NCBI GenBank assembly: GCA_016933675.1
Contig: JAFGAM010000006.1
Coordinates: 2,220 to 66,219, forward strand
Direction: 5' to 3'
Source of the DNA: Candidatus Anaeroferrophillacea bacterium
Lineage (GTDB): Bacteria > Desulfobacterota > Anaeroferrophillalia > Anaeroferrophillales > Anaeroferrophillaceae
DNA: 64,000 bases
The notes under the pieces are model-generated. The model made no database searches and was not told the origin of the DNA. It saw nothing but the letters and a program-made list of their open reading frames with translations. The translations under genes were made by a program, and so were the position numbers. Shown here piece after piece: positions 39,470 to 48,318 of this stretch. Position 1 is the stretch's first letter, and each line of letters begins with the position of its first letter.

Positions 39470-40111
39470 TTAAGTGTTGGAATCAGGGCGGGAGGCGGTT
39501 GCCGAACGGTTGCCGAGGGCGGTAATCAGCCGGTCGACCACCTCGATGACGGAGAGTCCATCGGTATCTGCCACCAACCGGGAGCATGCTTCATAACAGG
39601 GCCTTCTGCTGTGCAGGAGGCCTTGAATTTTCCGGAGCCGGTTTTCCTCCGGCAGCGGGATGTCATGGCGGCCGTTGAGCAGCGGCCGGGTCGCACCGTC
39701 CGCCGCTACCCGCCGGGCCGCCGTTGTCGCGTCTACCCGCAGGTGAATGACCGTGCCGGCAACGCGACGGAGCAGGTCGCGGGCGGCGGGGGTGGTGACG
39801 ATGCCGCCGCCGGTGGCGATCACCGGTGCCGCGGTGCCGGCGACGGTCACATCCGTCAGCAGGCGCCGCAGTAGGAAAAGCTCCAGGGTACGAAAATAGG
39901 TCTCCCCCAGGCTGCGGAAGATGGCCGTGATCGCCAGGGCGGCCTCCCGTTCGATCAGGTCGTCGAGATCGTAAAACGGTTGCTCCAAGCGCCGGGCGAG
40001 TTCCCGGCCGACAGCGGTTTTGCCGCTGCCCATGAAACCGATGAGGATGATCGCCGCCGCCGGATCGTTGCTCAGTGCGGTGGGGCGTTCAGAAGGTTGC
40101 CAGGTCGGCAC
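39470..40111 (-). CDS. aroK: shikimate kinase
   Basis: ILIGFMGSGKTAVG Walker A and an LDDLIE motif. The start is uncertain: GTG at 40111 was chosen, and the ORF-track N-terminus overlaps aroC and was rejected. Confidence 0.75.
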   Translation of the reverse strand: MPTWQPSERPTALSNDPAAAIILIGFMGSGKTAVGRELARRLEQPFYDLDDLIEREAALAITAIFRSLGETYFRTLELFLLRRLLTDVTVAGTAAPVIATGGGIVTTPAARDLLRRVAGTVIHLRVDATTAARRVAADGATRPLLNGRHDIPLPEENRLRKIQGLLHSRRPCYEACSRLVADTDGLSVIEVVDRLITALGNRSATASRPDSNT

Positions 40112-41252
40112 GATATGTCTCCACCGCTCGGCGGATCTCGTCGAGATGGTCGCCACCGAATTTCTCCAGCAGCGCCGCGGCGATTTCCCACGCCGCTGCC
40201 GCCTCACCGACCACCGCTGCCGCCGGTACGGCGCAGACATCAGATCGTTCGATGCCGGCGGCGAATGGTTCCTTGCTTATCATGTCCACCGACGCCAGCG
40301 GTTGATAGAGGGTCGGGATGGGCTTCATCGCTGCGGTGAGGAGGATGTCTTCGCCGTTGCTCATGCCGCCCTCGATGCCGCCCGCCCGGTTGCTTTCACG
40401 GCCGAATCCCCGTCCCGGTTTCCAGCCGATGGGATCGTGTACCGTCGATCCTCGCCGCCGGGCGGCGGCGAAACCGATGCCGATTTCCACCCCTTTGATC
40501 GCCTGGATGCTCATCATCGCCTGCGCCAGGCGTCCGTCCAGCCTGGTATGGTGCTGGATGTGGCTGCCCAGGCCCGCCGGTACCCCGGTGACCGCCACCT
40601 GAAACGTGCCGCCGAGGCTGTCACCCGCCTGTTTCACGTCATCCACCAGTCTTACCAACTCCGCTTCACGATTCGGGTCGGTAATGCGGAACGGCGATTC
40701 CTCTGCTCTCCGATGCAGATCCTCCGGATTGCGGCCGGTCGGCGGGGCGATATCGATGTTGCCGATTCCGGTGACCCATGACCACACACGGATGCCGCAG
40801 ACGGCCAGCAGCTTCTTTGCCGTCGCGCCGACAGCCGTGCGGATAGCCGTCTCCCGGGCACTGGCGCGTTCGAGGATGTTGCGGGTGTCGTGCTGGCAGT
40901 ATTTGAGGCAGCCCGGCAGATCGGCGTGTCCCGGACGCGGACGGGTGACGGGGTCGGCGGTGTCGCGGTCCGCTGCGGCGGCCGACATTCGCCGCTCCCA
41001 GTTCTCCCAGTCGCGGTTGGCGATCACCAGGGTGAGCGGGGCACCGGTAGTCAGGCCGTGGCGGACGCCGGAGCGGAATTCGACCCGGTCACGTTCGATG
41101 GTCATACGGCCGCCGCGGCCATAACCGCACTGGCGTCGGGCGAGGTCAAGGTCGATATCCGCCGCGGCCAGCGGCAGGTTGGCGGGCAGGCCCGAGATAA
41201 TCGCCGTCAGTTGCGGTCCGTGGGACTCTCCGGCGGTAAGACAGGTGAGCAT
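40089..41252 (-). CDS. aroC: chorismate synthase
   Basis: MLTCLTAGESHGP start and 387 aa length. Start moved to the ATG at 41252. Confidence 0.95.
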   Translation of the reverse strand: MLTCLTAGESHGPQLTAIISGLPANLPLAAADIDLDLARRQCGYGRGGRMTIERDRVEFRSGVRHGLTTGAPLTLVIANRDWENWERRMSAAAADRDTADPVTRPRPGHADLPGCLKYCQHDTRNILERASARETAIRTAVGATAKKLLAVCGIRVWSWVTGIGNIDIAPPTGRNPEDLHRRAEESPFRITDPNREAELVRLVDDVKQAGDSLGGTFQVAVTGVPAGLGSHIQHHTRLDGRLAQAMMSIQAIKGVEIGIGFAAARRRGSTVHDPIGWKPGRGFGRESNRAGGIEGGMSNGEDILLTAAMKPIPTLYQPLASVDMISKEPFAAGIERSDVCAVPAAAVVGEAAAAWEIAAALLEKFGGDHLDEIRRAVETYRADLATF

Positions 41253-41383
41253 GGCAGGTTTCCCGGTTGGCAAGGGTGCCGGCTTCGCAAACGGTCCGTT
41301 GCAATCATTTACCATGATTTCCGCGTGTTCCGGCAACGTTAACGGCTTCATCATAGTATGGATGACAGGGGATTGGCAAACCA

Positions 41384-41415
41384 AAAAAACCGGGTTCCCT
41401 ACAGGGAACCCGGTA
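41384..41415 (-). terminator. rho-independent terminator after pilQ
   Basis: Perfect 10-bp stem CCGGGTTCCC/GGGAACCCGG with a 4-nt loop, followed on the minus strand by T7. Confidence 0.75.
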
Positions 41416-41441
41416 CGGGAGGGGGAGGAGTGACGGAACCG

Positions 41442-43247
41442 TCAGAGCTGGCTCGCGGTTCGCGTCGGGACAACCGTGGGGGTTAGAAAAATCAGCAGTT
41501 CAGTCTGGGATGTCTTGTCGTACTTGTGCTTGAAGAGGAAATCACCGACCAGTGGCAGGTTCGACAGCCCGGGGACTTCGCCGACATCCTTGCTGTCGTC
41601 CCGCTCGATGATGCCGCCGACGACGGCGGTCTCGCCGTTGAACAGTAACAGGGTGGTCTCGACGTTCTGGGTGTTGATCGCCGGACCGTCACTGGTTTGC
41701 TGGCCGATGGAGTCCTTGTTGATCGAGACGTCCATGGAGACGTTGTTGTTGTTGGTGATGTGTGGCGTAACTTCGAGGCTCAGCTCGGCCTTTTTGAACT
41801 CGGTGGTGGTGCCCTCGTCGGAGGTGGTCTGGTAGGGAATTTCGAGCCCCTGGCCGATGCGCGCCTGGTGGTTGTCCAGGGCCAGAACCTTCGGCGCCGA
41901 GAGGATCTGGGCGCGGTTGCGGTTCTTGAGGGCCGAAAGGCGGACGTTGAGATTGAACAGGTTGACCTTGCCGAAGATCAGCCCCAGGCCGCTGGTGGCC
42001 CCGGATGCCGGCAGGTTCACCGCGTAGCCACTGTCGATGATCGGTCCGCCTTCGGGAGTGACGGTGGGCATACCGGTGGAGCCGACTCCGGATCCGGAGA
42101 CGCCGTAATAGGTGTCGTTCGAGTGGTCGGCCCAGACGCCGCCCCACTGGATGCCAATGTCCCTTACTGCCGACGACTCCAGTTTGACGATCTTGGCCTC
42201 GATGAGTACTTGCTTGATGGGCATGTCGAGCTGGTCGAGCATGTCGCGGGCGAGCTTGATGTGCCGGGGGATGTCGGTAACGATGACGGAGTTGGTCCGC
42301 TCGTCGGTATCGGTGCTGCCGCGGTCCGAGAGCACGGTCTGCAGCCGCGGGGCGATCTCCCCGGCGGTGGCGAAATTCACCTTGAGGATCTCCATGCGGG
42401 TGTCCTCGAGTTGCACCTCGGCCTTCTTCTGCTGTGCCAGCAGTTCCTTCTCCGCCCGGAAGCGGCTCTGAGGGGCGATGCGGATGACGTTGCCGTCCCG
42501 CTCCATGCCCAGATCGTGGGTCTTCAGGACGATGTCGAAGGCCTGGCGCCAGGGCACGTTCTTCAGTTTCAGGGTGACGGAGCCTTTGACGTCGTCACGC
42601 ATGATGACGTTGAGATTCTTGATGTCGGCGAAGAAGCGGAACACGTTTTGCAAGTCGGCTTCCTTGAAATCAACCGTGACCAGGTCCGGAGAGTGCCGTG
42701 ATTTCGCCTTCCGCGGGACGGGGGGGGGGGCGGTCTGCGTATCGGTCCCGGCCCTGGTTGCCGTCTCCGACTGCGTGATTGCCCGGTTCACTGCATCGTC
42801 GGGGTCAACAGTGCTGTCCGCCGCTTTGCCGGCGGGCAGCGACAGCTCGAGGCGGTTGTCGGTGGTGACGAAGCTGTATGCCGGCAGGGTGTCGTTGTCG
42901 GTGTCGAAAACCACCCGGCTCTTTTCGGGATAGACGGTGTAGCGGAAGCCGCTGAATGCGGTGGGTGCCAGGGCGGCGCCGATATCCTCCGGCAGAACGG
43001 CGGCGGCGGGAAAATCGATCACCAGCCGAGGCGGGTTGTCGACGTGGAACAGGTGGAAGGTGGCGTGCTGTTCCATCGGTTGCTCACCGTCGAAGACCAC
43101 CAGGATGCGTTCGGGATGGGGCTCCGTCCGTACCGAGATTTCCGCCTGCCGGGCACCTGTCGCCGCCGGTGCCAGGACCAGCAGGGCGATGAACAGGGCC
43201 GCCCCTCGAAGCGTGGTGGTCCGTATTCTGTCAGACAGGATCCGCAT
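41442..43247 (-). CDS. pilQ: type IV pilus secretin PilQ (AMIN + secretin domains)
   Basis: Signal peptide and AMIN-like N-terminus. Secretin C-terminus with VPGLSNLPLVGDFLFKH. Last gene of pilMNOPQ. Confidence 0.93.
   Translation of the reverse strand: MRILSDRIRTTTLRGAALFIALLVLAPAATGARQAEISVRTEPHPERILVVFDGEQPMEQHATFHLFHVDNPPRLVIDFPAAAVLPEDIGAALAPTAFSGFRYTVYPEKSRVVFDTDNDTLPAYSFVTTDNRLELSLPAGKAADSTVDPDDAVNRAITQSETATRAGTDTQTAPPPVPRKAKSRHSPDLVTVDFKEADLQNVFRFFADIKNLNVIMRDDVKGSVTLKLKNVPWRQAFDIVLKTHDLGMERDGNVIRIAPQSRFRAEKELLAQQKKAEVQLEDTRMEILKVNFATAGEIAPRLQTVLSDRGSTDTDERTNSVIVTDIPRHIKLARDMLDQLDMPIKQVLIEAKIVKLESSAVRDIGIQWGGVWADHSNDTYYGVSGSGVGSTGMPTVTPEGGPIIDSGYAVNLPASGATSGLGLIFGKVNLFNLNVRLSALKNRNRAQILSAPKVLALDNHQARIGQGLEIPYQTTSDEGTTTEFKKAELSLEVTPHITNNNNVSMDVSINKDSIGQQTSDGPAINTQNVETTLLLFNGETAVVGGIIERDDSKDVGEVPGLSNLPLVGDFLFKHKYDKTSQTELLIFLTPTVVPTRTASQL
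42720..42730 (-). repeat. homopolymer C11 (G11 on the + strand) inside pilQ codons 173-176
   Basis: Counted directly: position 42720 plus 42721-42730 are all G, flanked by C on both sides. It encodes A-P-P-P in frame. Confidence 0.95.
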
Positions 43248-43249
43248 GG

Positions 43250-43777
43250 CTAGTTACCCCCTGAATCATCATCGCTATGGAGCTTCAGCGTGACGTTCCG
43301 TACCTGCTGGCGGTCGTAGATATCGAGATAGGGCTCACTGACCACCAGGCCGTTGTCCTGGATACTCAAGATGGTGCCGCTGAGGTTGCCCAGCCGGTCT
43401 CCCTCGCGGACCGTATAGCTGATCTGTTCGGGATCTTCGATCATCGCGTAATTCTGCGGTCCGAGCAGGATGCCTACCAGCTTGAACTGGTTGATGGCAT
43501 AACTTTCCAGCGGTGAAGCGGGATTTTCCGTCGGAATAGGCCGTTCGATCTGGGTGAAGCTGATGAACGGCCGGAAGGGATCGGTCCGCCCGAGGGAGAG
43601 GTAACGGAACTGCCGGTCGTCATCGATGTCGCCGATCGCCGGCTGGCCGGCCGGTTGTCCGCCGGGATCATCCGCCGTCGCCGCCGGCAAATCGGCGGCC
43701 AGCGCGGCGAGAATCACGATCGCGGCCAGGAGGAGGAGGATACGATGGGAAATCGCACTCTGTCGCATCATGGTCAT
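43250..43777 (-). CDS. pilP: type IV pilus assembly protein PilP
   Basis: RTDPFRPF motif and a C-terminal beta domain (FKLVGILLG...YTVREGDRLG). Position between pilO and pilQ. Confidence 0.8.
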   Translation of the reverse strand: MTMMRQSAISHRILLLLAAIVILAALAADLPAATADDPGGQPAGQPAIGDIDDDRQFRYLSLGRTDPFRPFISFTQIERPIPTENPASPLESYAINQFKLVGILLGPQNYAMIEDPEQISYTVREGDRLGNLSGTILSIQDNGLVVSEPYLDIYDRQQVRNVTLKLHSDDDSGGN

Positions 43778-43782
43778 GGCGA

Positions 43783-44388
43783 TTATCTACCGGCCTCTTT
43801 GGCGGGCTGCGGCTGGTCCCTGAAGGTGTAGGTAACGAGCTTGACCCGGGTGTTGATGGCATCCCGTCCGTTTTCCACCTTGTGGTCGTGCATCATGTAG
43901 TCGTGGATGGTGACAATCCGCGGCAGGGTGCAGATATCGGTGAAGAACGAGGCGGTGGCATGGTAGCCGCCGGTTATTTCGAGATCGATGGGAACCTCAT
44001 GGTAAAATTCCGCCGGAACCTCCTTCTTGGGCTCGAAAAACCTGAACTCCAGGCCGTTGTCCTTGCCGAGACGCGAGATGTTCAGCAGTAGCTCGGGAAT
44101 CTCGCGGCTGTCGGGCAGCTTGCTCGCCGCCGCCTTGAAGGTAATCTGCAAGGCGGTTATTTCCTGCTCGAATTCCGGCAGTCGGCTGGCAATCTGCCGG
44201 GACTGGGCGAGGGTCATCTGGGACTTGCGGAGTTTCTTGTCCAGCCGTTCAAGCTTCTGCTGCCCGGGGAGAAAGAAAAAATAGGCGTAGATGCCGACCA
44301 GAGCGGCCACCATGGCGACGAGGGCGAGGACCTTTTTTGCCGTCGGGAGAGTATGGATGAAATCCAGGTCGGGGCCGGCCATGGGCAA
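43783..44388 (-). CDS. pilO: type IV pilus assembly protein PilO
   Basis: Single TM segment plus coiled coil, and position in the operon. Confidence 0.85.
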   Translation of the reverse strand: MPMAGPDLDFIHTLPTAKKVLALVAMVAALVGIYAYFFFLPGQQKLERLDKKLRKSQMTLAQSRQIASRLPEFEQEITALQITFKAAASKLPDSREIPELLLNISRLGKDNGLEFRFFEPKKEVPAEFYHEVPIDLEITGGYHATASFFTDICTLPRIVTIHDYMMHDHKVENGRDAINTRVKLVTYTFRDQPQPAKEAGR

Positions 44389-44391
44389 TCC

Positions 44392-44967
44392 TCAGCTTTG
44401 TCCCTGCGGGTCGGCAGGAGGCGCGGTTGCGGGGGACAGAGTCACGTTGACGAGAAATTCCTTGAGTTCCAGATCCTGCAGGGAATGCGAGCGCAGGTAC
44501 ATGAGCTCTGCCTGACCCAGCGTCATCGATCGAGACAGGTTGTTGAGGAACTCAACGATAGTCTCGTTGTCGATGGCGATACCTTTGATTTCCAGCCGCG
44601 TGTCCTTGCGGTTGAGGGAGGTGTACCACAGCTTTTCAGGACGCAAGCGATTCAGGTCGTGAAGCGCATGGAGCGGTTCCCGGCGTGAATCGTCCAGGTG
44701 GGCGATAACCCCGATCTTGCGTTCGAGTTCCGCCTTCTGTTCCTTGTAGCGGTTGATTTTGTCGATGACCGGCTGCAGGGCCTTGATCTGCCGTTCGGTG
44801 CGCTTGAGCGCGGCGTCGGTGGTGTGCAGACGGTGCCGCTGGTACCAGGCCGCGCCGCCGATGCCGCCGATGGTCAGGGCGAGAACGAACATTGCCACGG
44901 CCATCTGGTTGCGCAGGGTCTGCTTCTTGCGTTCGGCGCGGACGGGCAGCAGGTTGATGCGGATCAT
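44392..44967 (-). CDS. pilN: type IV pilus assembly protein PilN
   Basis: MIRINLLP hallmark N-terminus and a single TM segment. Confidence 0.88.
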   Translation of the reverse strand: MIRINLLPVRAERKKQTLRNQMAVAMFVLALTIGGIGGAAWYQRHRLHTTDAALKRTERQIKALQPVIDKINRYKEQKAELERKIGVIAHLDDSRREPLHALHDLNRLRPEKLWYTSLNRKDTRLEIKGIAIDNETIVEFLNNLSRSMTLGQAELMYLRSHSLQDLELKEFLVNVTLSPATAPPADPQGQS

Positions 44968-46025
44968 GTGGACGTATCCTTCCTGAGTGCCAGTCCCATG
45001 GCGACGCCGGCCAGCGGCGCGATCTCACGGATATACTGTGGGTCGAACCTCTTTTCCGGGATGGCAATGCGGCGGAAGGGGTCGATAACCTCCGTCGGAA
45101 TTGCGGTCCGTTCGGTGATGGCCGCCGGCAGATCCTTCAGGGTCGCACCCCCGCCGCACAGGTAAATTCTGCCGATCCGGCTGCTGTTGGCGGCGGAAGC
45201 ATGGAAGAAATCGATGGTCTTGCAGATCTCATTGATAAACGAAAAAGAGGCCTCGTTGATCATCCGTTTCGCATCGGCGGCGTTGATTCCCTTGATCAGG
45301 GTGCCGAGCTTCAGCTGTTCGGCCAGTTGATAGTTGAGGTTGAGCTGTTTCTGTAACTGCTCGGTCACCATCCGGCTGCCGACGGTGATGTCGCGGGAGA
45401 AGGCCGATACCTTGTTCTTGAGGATGTTGATGTTGGTGAGGTTGGCGCCGATGTCGACCAGCGCGACAATCTCTTCATCGTCGTCTTCGTAATTGAATTC
45501 ATACATGTTTTCGATGGCGAAGGTGTCGACATCGACGACCACCGGGTTAAGGCCGGCCGTCTCGATGACGGCGAGATAATCACCGATGACGTCCTTTTTC
45601 ACCGCCACCAGCAACACGTCCATGCTGTCGTTGCTCTCGGCGCTGGGACCGATGATCTGAAAGTCGAGGTTGACGTCGAAGATATCGTAGGGGATATGAT
45701 TGGCCGCTTCTCCATGGATGGTGTTTTCCACCGTCGCCTCATCCATCAGCGGCATGACGATCTTCTTGATGATCACCGAGTGGCCGGAAATTGAGGTGCA
45801 GACGTGTTTTTTCCTGGTTTTCAAGTTGGCCGCCAGGTTCTTGACGGCGTTGACGATGGACATTGAATCCATGATGGTGCCATCGACAATGGTGTCTGAC
45901 GGCAGGATGGAGATGCCGAAATTTTCCAGGGTATAGTGGGAACCCTTGCCCTTCAGCTCGACAATCTTGATGCAGCTTGAGCCGATGTTGAGCCCCATCA
46001 GGGTTTTAGGTTTAACGAAAAGCAT
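44964..46025 (-). CDS. pilM: type IV pilus assembly ATPase-like protein PilM
   Basis: Actin-like fold motifs (GLNIGSSCIKIVEL, VDIGANLT, LCGGGA). ATGA overlap with pilN. Confidence 0.93.
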   Translation of the reverse strand: MLFVKPKTLMGLNIGSSCIKIVELKGKGSHYTLENFGISILPSDTIVDGTIMDSMSIVNAVKNLAANLKTRKKHVCTSISGHSVIIKKIVMPLMDEATVENTIHGEAANHIPYDIFDVNLDFQIIGPSAESNDSMDVLLVAVKKDVIGDYLAVIETAGLNPVVVDVDTFAIENMYEFNYEDDDEEIVALVDIGANLTNINILKNKVSAFSRDITVGSRMVTEQLQKQLNLNYQLAEQLKLGTLIKGINAADAKRMINEASFSFINEICKTIDFFHASAANSSRIGRIYLCGGGATLKDLPAAITERTAIPTEVIDPFRRIAIPEKRFDPQYIREIAPLAGVAMGLALRKDTST

Positions 46026-46122
46026 GTTATTTTCCAGATATGGGTCAAAGGATCGGGTTGCGAAAAAAGCCGTGCAGGCCCCCGATAATGGAAAATAATG
46101 TTCCTACATACTCGGAAGAGAT

Positions 46123-46148
46123 ATTATACCTGTCGGTTATTTTGTCAA
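46123..46148 (-). promoter_or_regulatory. candidate pilM promoter in an AT-rich patch
   Basis: On the minus strand, TTGACA-N14-TATAAT. The -10 is perfect, but the spacer is shorter than the canonical 16-18 nt. Confidence 0.3.
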
Positions 46149-46467
46149 CATTTTTAGCTTTTTTATCCGGCGAGTCAAAAAATAGGTTTTCCCATAGACG
46201 TTTTTTTCGTTTGATGTCCCGGACGTGCAACCGTGATTACAGAGATGCAATCGAATACTCCGATGCCGGCCGGTTCCATGACCGTTGTGACGCTATTGGC
46301 CTGGTCGTGGACTTCCGGGGATACCTCAGGTTGAGGGAATACGGGCAGTGCAGGTGCATAGGCATGCCGTGGGGCGATCCGTTTCCGGGTGCTGTGGGAT
46401 TGAAAGCAAATAATGTGCCGGGGAGAAATGGTGGAGCCGCATCAGCTGCCAGATTGGGTATGAACGA

Positions 46468-46595
46468 GGTGCTACCGTAAGCGGGGCGATACCGTCAGTC
46501 CTGCGGATTCTCCGGGTGCAGAACCGGAAGGATCCGGCGGATGTTGACGCTGCATTACCCGGTTTTTGCGCAGCGAAGAAGAAGGTGTTGTTGCG
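46468..46595 (-). repeat. intergenic mosaic repeat, degenerate copy in reverse orientation (R10)
   Basis: GGTGCTACCGTAAGCGG...GCGGATTC...GCGCAGCGAAGAAGAAGGTGTTGTTGCG is the reverse complement of the 3' and 5' blocks. Confidence 0.5.
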
Positions 46596-46700
46596 AAGCC
46601 ACAAGAAAGATGTGTATGTCGACAACCGCCCGGTCCGTCGCGCGCTTACCGCAACGCGGCGGATAACGGACACGGCACCGGGAACGGTGGGGTGTAAAAG

Positions 46701-47630
46701 CTAGCGCAGGGTATCGAGCTTGCGACGGGCGATTTCTGCCTGGTCGCTGTCGGGATAGCGCTCAATGACTTTTTTCAGGATCAGGGCGCCGTCGGTCTGG
46801 TCGCCGATCATCAGGAAGGAGAACCCCTGCTTCAGCAGGGCGCTGGAAGCCTTGGGGTGGTCCGGGTAGGTGGTGATGATCTCGTCGTACTTGATAATCG
46901 CCTCTTCATAATTTTTTTCCTGGTACGAACACTCGGCGATCCAGAAAAGAGCGTTGACCTTGTACTGGCTCTGGGGAAATGCCTCGGTGAATTTAACCAG
47001 CTTTTTACGGGCGGCATCGTAGTCGCCGCGTTTGTAAACCGTGTAGGCGTCTTCGTAAAAAGCCCGTTCACGGGCGCTGGGCGGAGCCGGCGCCGCGGGT
47101 GTCGCCGGCGGGGTCGGCTCCGCCGGGGACGAAGCCTGAAGCCGGGAAGCATCCGTCGGTGCCGGAACGTCCGGCAGCGCGCCGGCGGCTGGGGTAACTG
47201 CCGGCGGCGCCGCGGTGCAAGCGGCTACCTTCTGTTCCAGCTGCTGCAACCGGGCTTCCACCCGTTCGTAGAACAGCTCCAGTTCCCGGGTTTCCACTGC
47301 CGGCAGGTCGCGGGGACCGAGCCGGGTTTCCTCGACGCTGGCGTTCAGCATCCGGAGTTCGGTTTCCAGGCTGTCGAGACGGAAGGTGGTATCGGCCAGT
47401 TGTTTCTGCAAATCGCCGGCGCCGCGGTGCGCTTCCTCTTCCTGCTGCCGTTCGATGGTGCCGACGCGCTGCTCCAGCTTGTGTACCGAGTCGTCCAGGC
47501 GGACATAGTACTGATCGGAGGCACAGGCCGAAAGCAGAAAGGTGCCAACCAGCACCAGCCCGACGGTGTGAACCGTCGGGTGGTACCGGCGAGAAGCGTT
47601 CGGGGAGTGCCGGGGTTGAAAAGACATCAT
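46701..47630 (-). CDS. ybgF: Tol-Pal system protein YbgF/CpoB
   Basis: Lipoprotein-like LLSAC, a coiled coil, and a C-terminal TPR (YKRGDYDAARKKLVKFTEAFPQSQY...). Start at the ATG at 47630 gives an ATGA overlap with pal. Confidence 0.8.
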   Translation of the reverse strand: MMSFQPRHSPNASRRYHPTVHTVGLVLVGTFLLSACASDQYYVRLDDSVHKLEQRVGTIERQQEEEAHRGAGDLQKQLADTTFRLDSLETELRMLNASVEETRLGPRDLPAVETRELELFYERVEARLQQLEQKVAACTAAPPAVTPAAGALPDVPAPTDASRLQASSPAEPTPPATPAAPAPPSARERAFYEDAYTVYKRGDYDAARKKLVKFTEAFPQSQYKVNALFWIAECSYQEKNYEEAIIKYDEIITTYPDHPKASSALLKQGFSFLMIGDQTDGALILKKVIERYPDSDQAEIARRKLDTLR

Positions 47631-48187
47631 TTGGCGACGATGGCGAAATCGTCCCGGCGGTTTTTCCACCAGCAGTCTTCGTTGTGGTCGGCACACAACG
47701 GCCGCTCTTCACCGTAACTGATGGTTTCCAGCCGGTCGGGGGAGATCCCGAGGTAGACGAGGTATTTCTTCGCGCTTGCTGCCCGGCGTTCACCCAAGGC
47801 GAGGTTGTACTCGTTGGAGCCGCGCTCGTCGCAGTTGCCCTCGATACGGATGACCGCGCGGGCGTTGTCCTTCAGCCACTGGGCGTGCTTGGCCAGGGTG
47901 GCGCGCGGGGTATCCTTCAGGTTGAACTTGTCAAAATCGAAGTAGATCGGTGCCAGGCGGTCACCGATACCCGGCTTCCCGGCACCGTCCGCCGCCAGGC
48001 CGCTTTCACTGATCCCAGGTTGGCTTGCCGGTTCCGCTGGTTTGACATCCTGCGGGGTGGTCATGCCGGCTGGTTCGGAGACTGTTTCTTCGGCCAGGGT
48101 ATCGGTTTTACACGTGCTGCAGGCGGAAAGTGCGAAGGCCAGAACCAAGGCCAGACAGACGAGGATCAGGGTGTGCTTCTGTTTCAT
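47627..48187 (-). CDS. pal: peptidoglycan-associated lipoprotein Pal (OmpA family)
   Basis: Lipobox LSAC. OmpA-like IEGNCDERGSNEYNLALGERRA. Start at the ATG at 48187. Confidence 0.9.
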   Translation of the reverse strand: MKQKHTLILVCLALVLAFALSACSTCKTDTLAEETVSEPAGMTTPQDVKPAEPASQPGISESGLAADGAGKPGIGDRLAPIYFDFDKFNLKDTPRATLAKHAQWLKDNARAVIRIEGNCDERGSNEYNLALGERRAASAKKYLVYLGISPDRLETISYGEERPLCADHNEDCWWKNRRDDFAIVAK

Positions 48188-48318
48188 GATGACGCAGTCT
48201 CCTTTCTCCATCGAGCATGGAGGGGTTGTAGTATAATTGTCAAACTCAGCTACCTCTAACCGCTTCCGGAAAAAAAATCAAGTCCAATAACGCCATTTTA
48301 ACCGGAGCCGGGAGGGTA

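Noticed and set aside
46040-46673. ORFs 46040-46480 (+) and 46326-46673 (-) in the pilM upstream region.
   Set aside because: They have no RBS and no recognisable motifs, they overlap each other and the repeat debris, and their composition is heterogeneous. I treated the region as non-coding.
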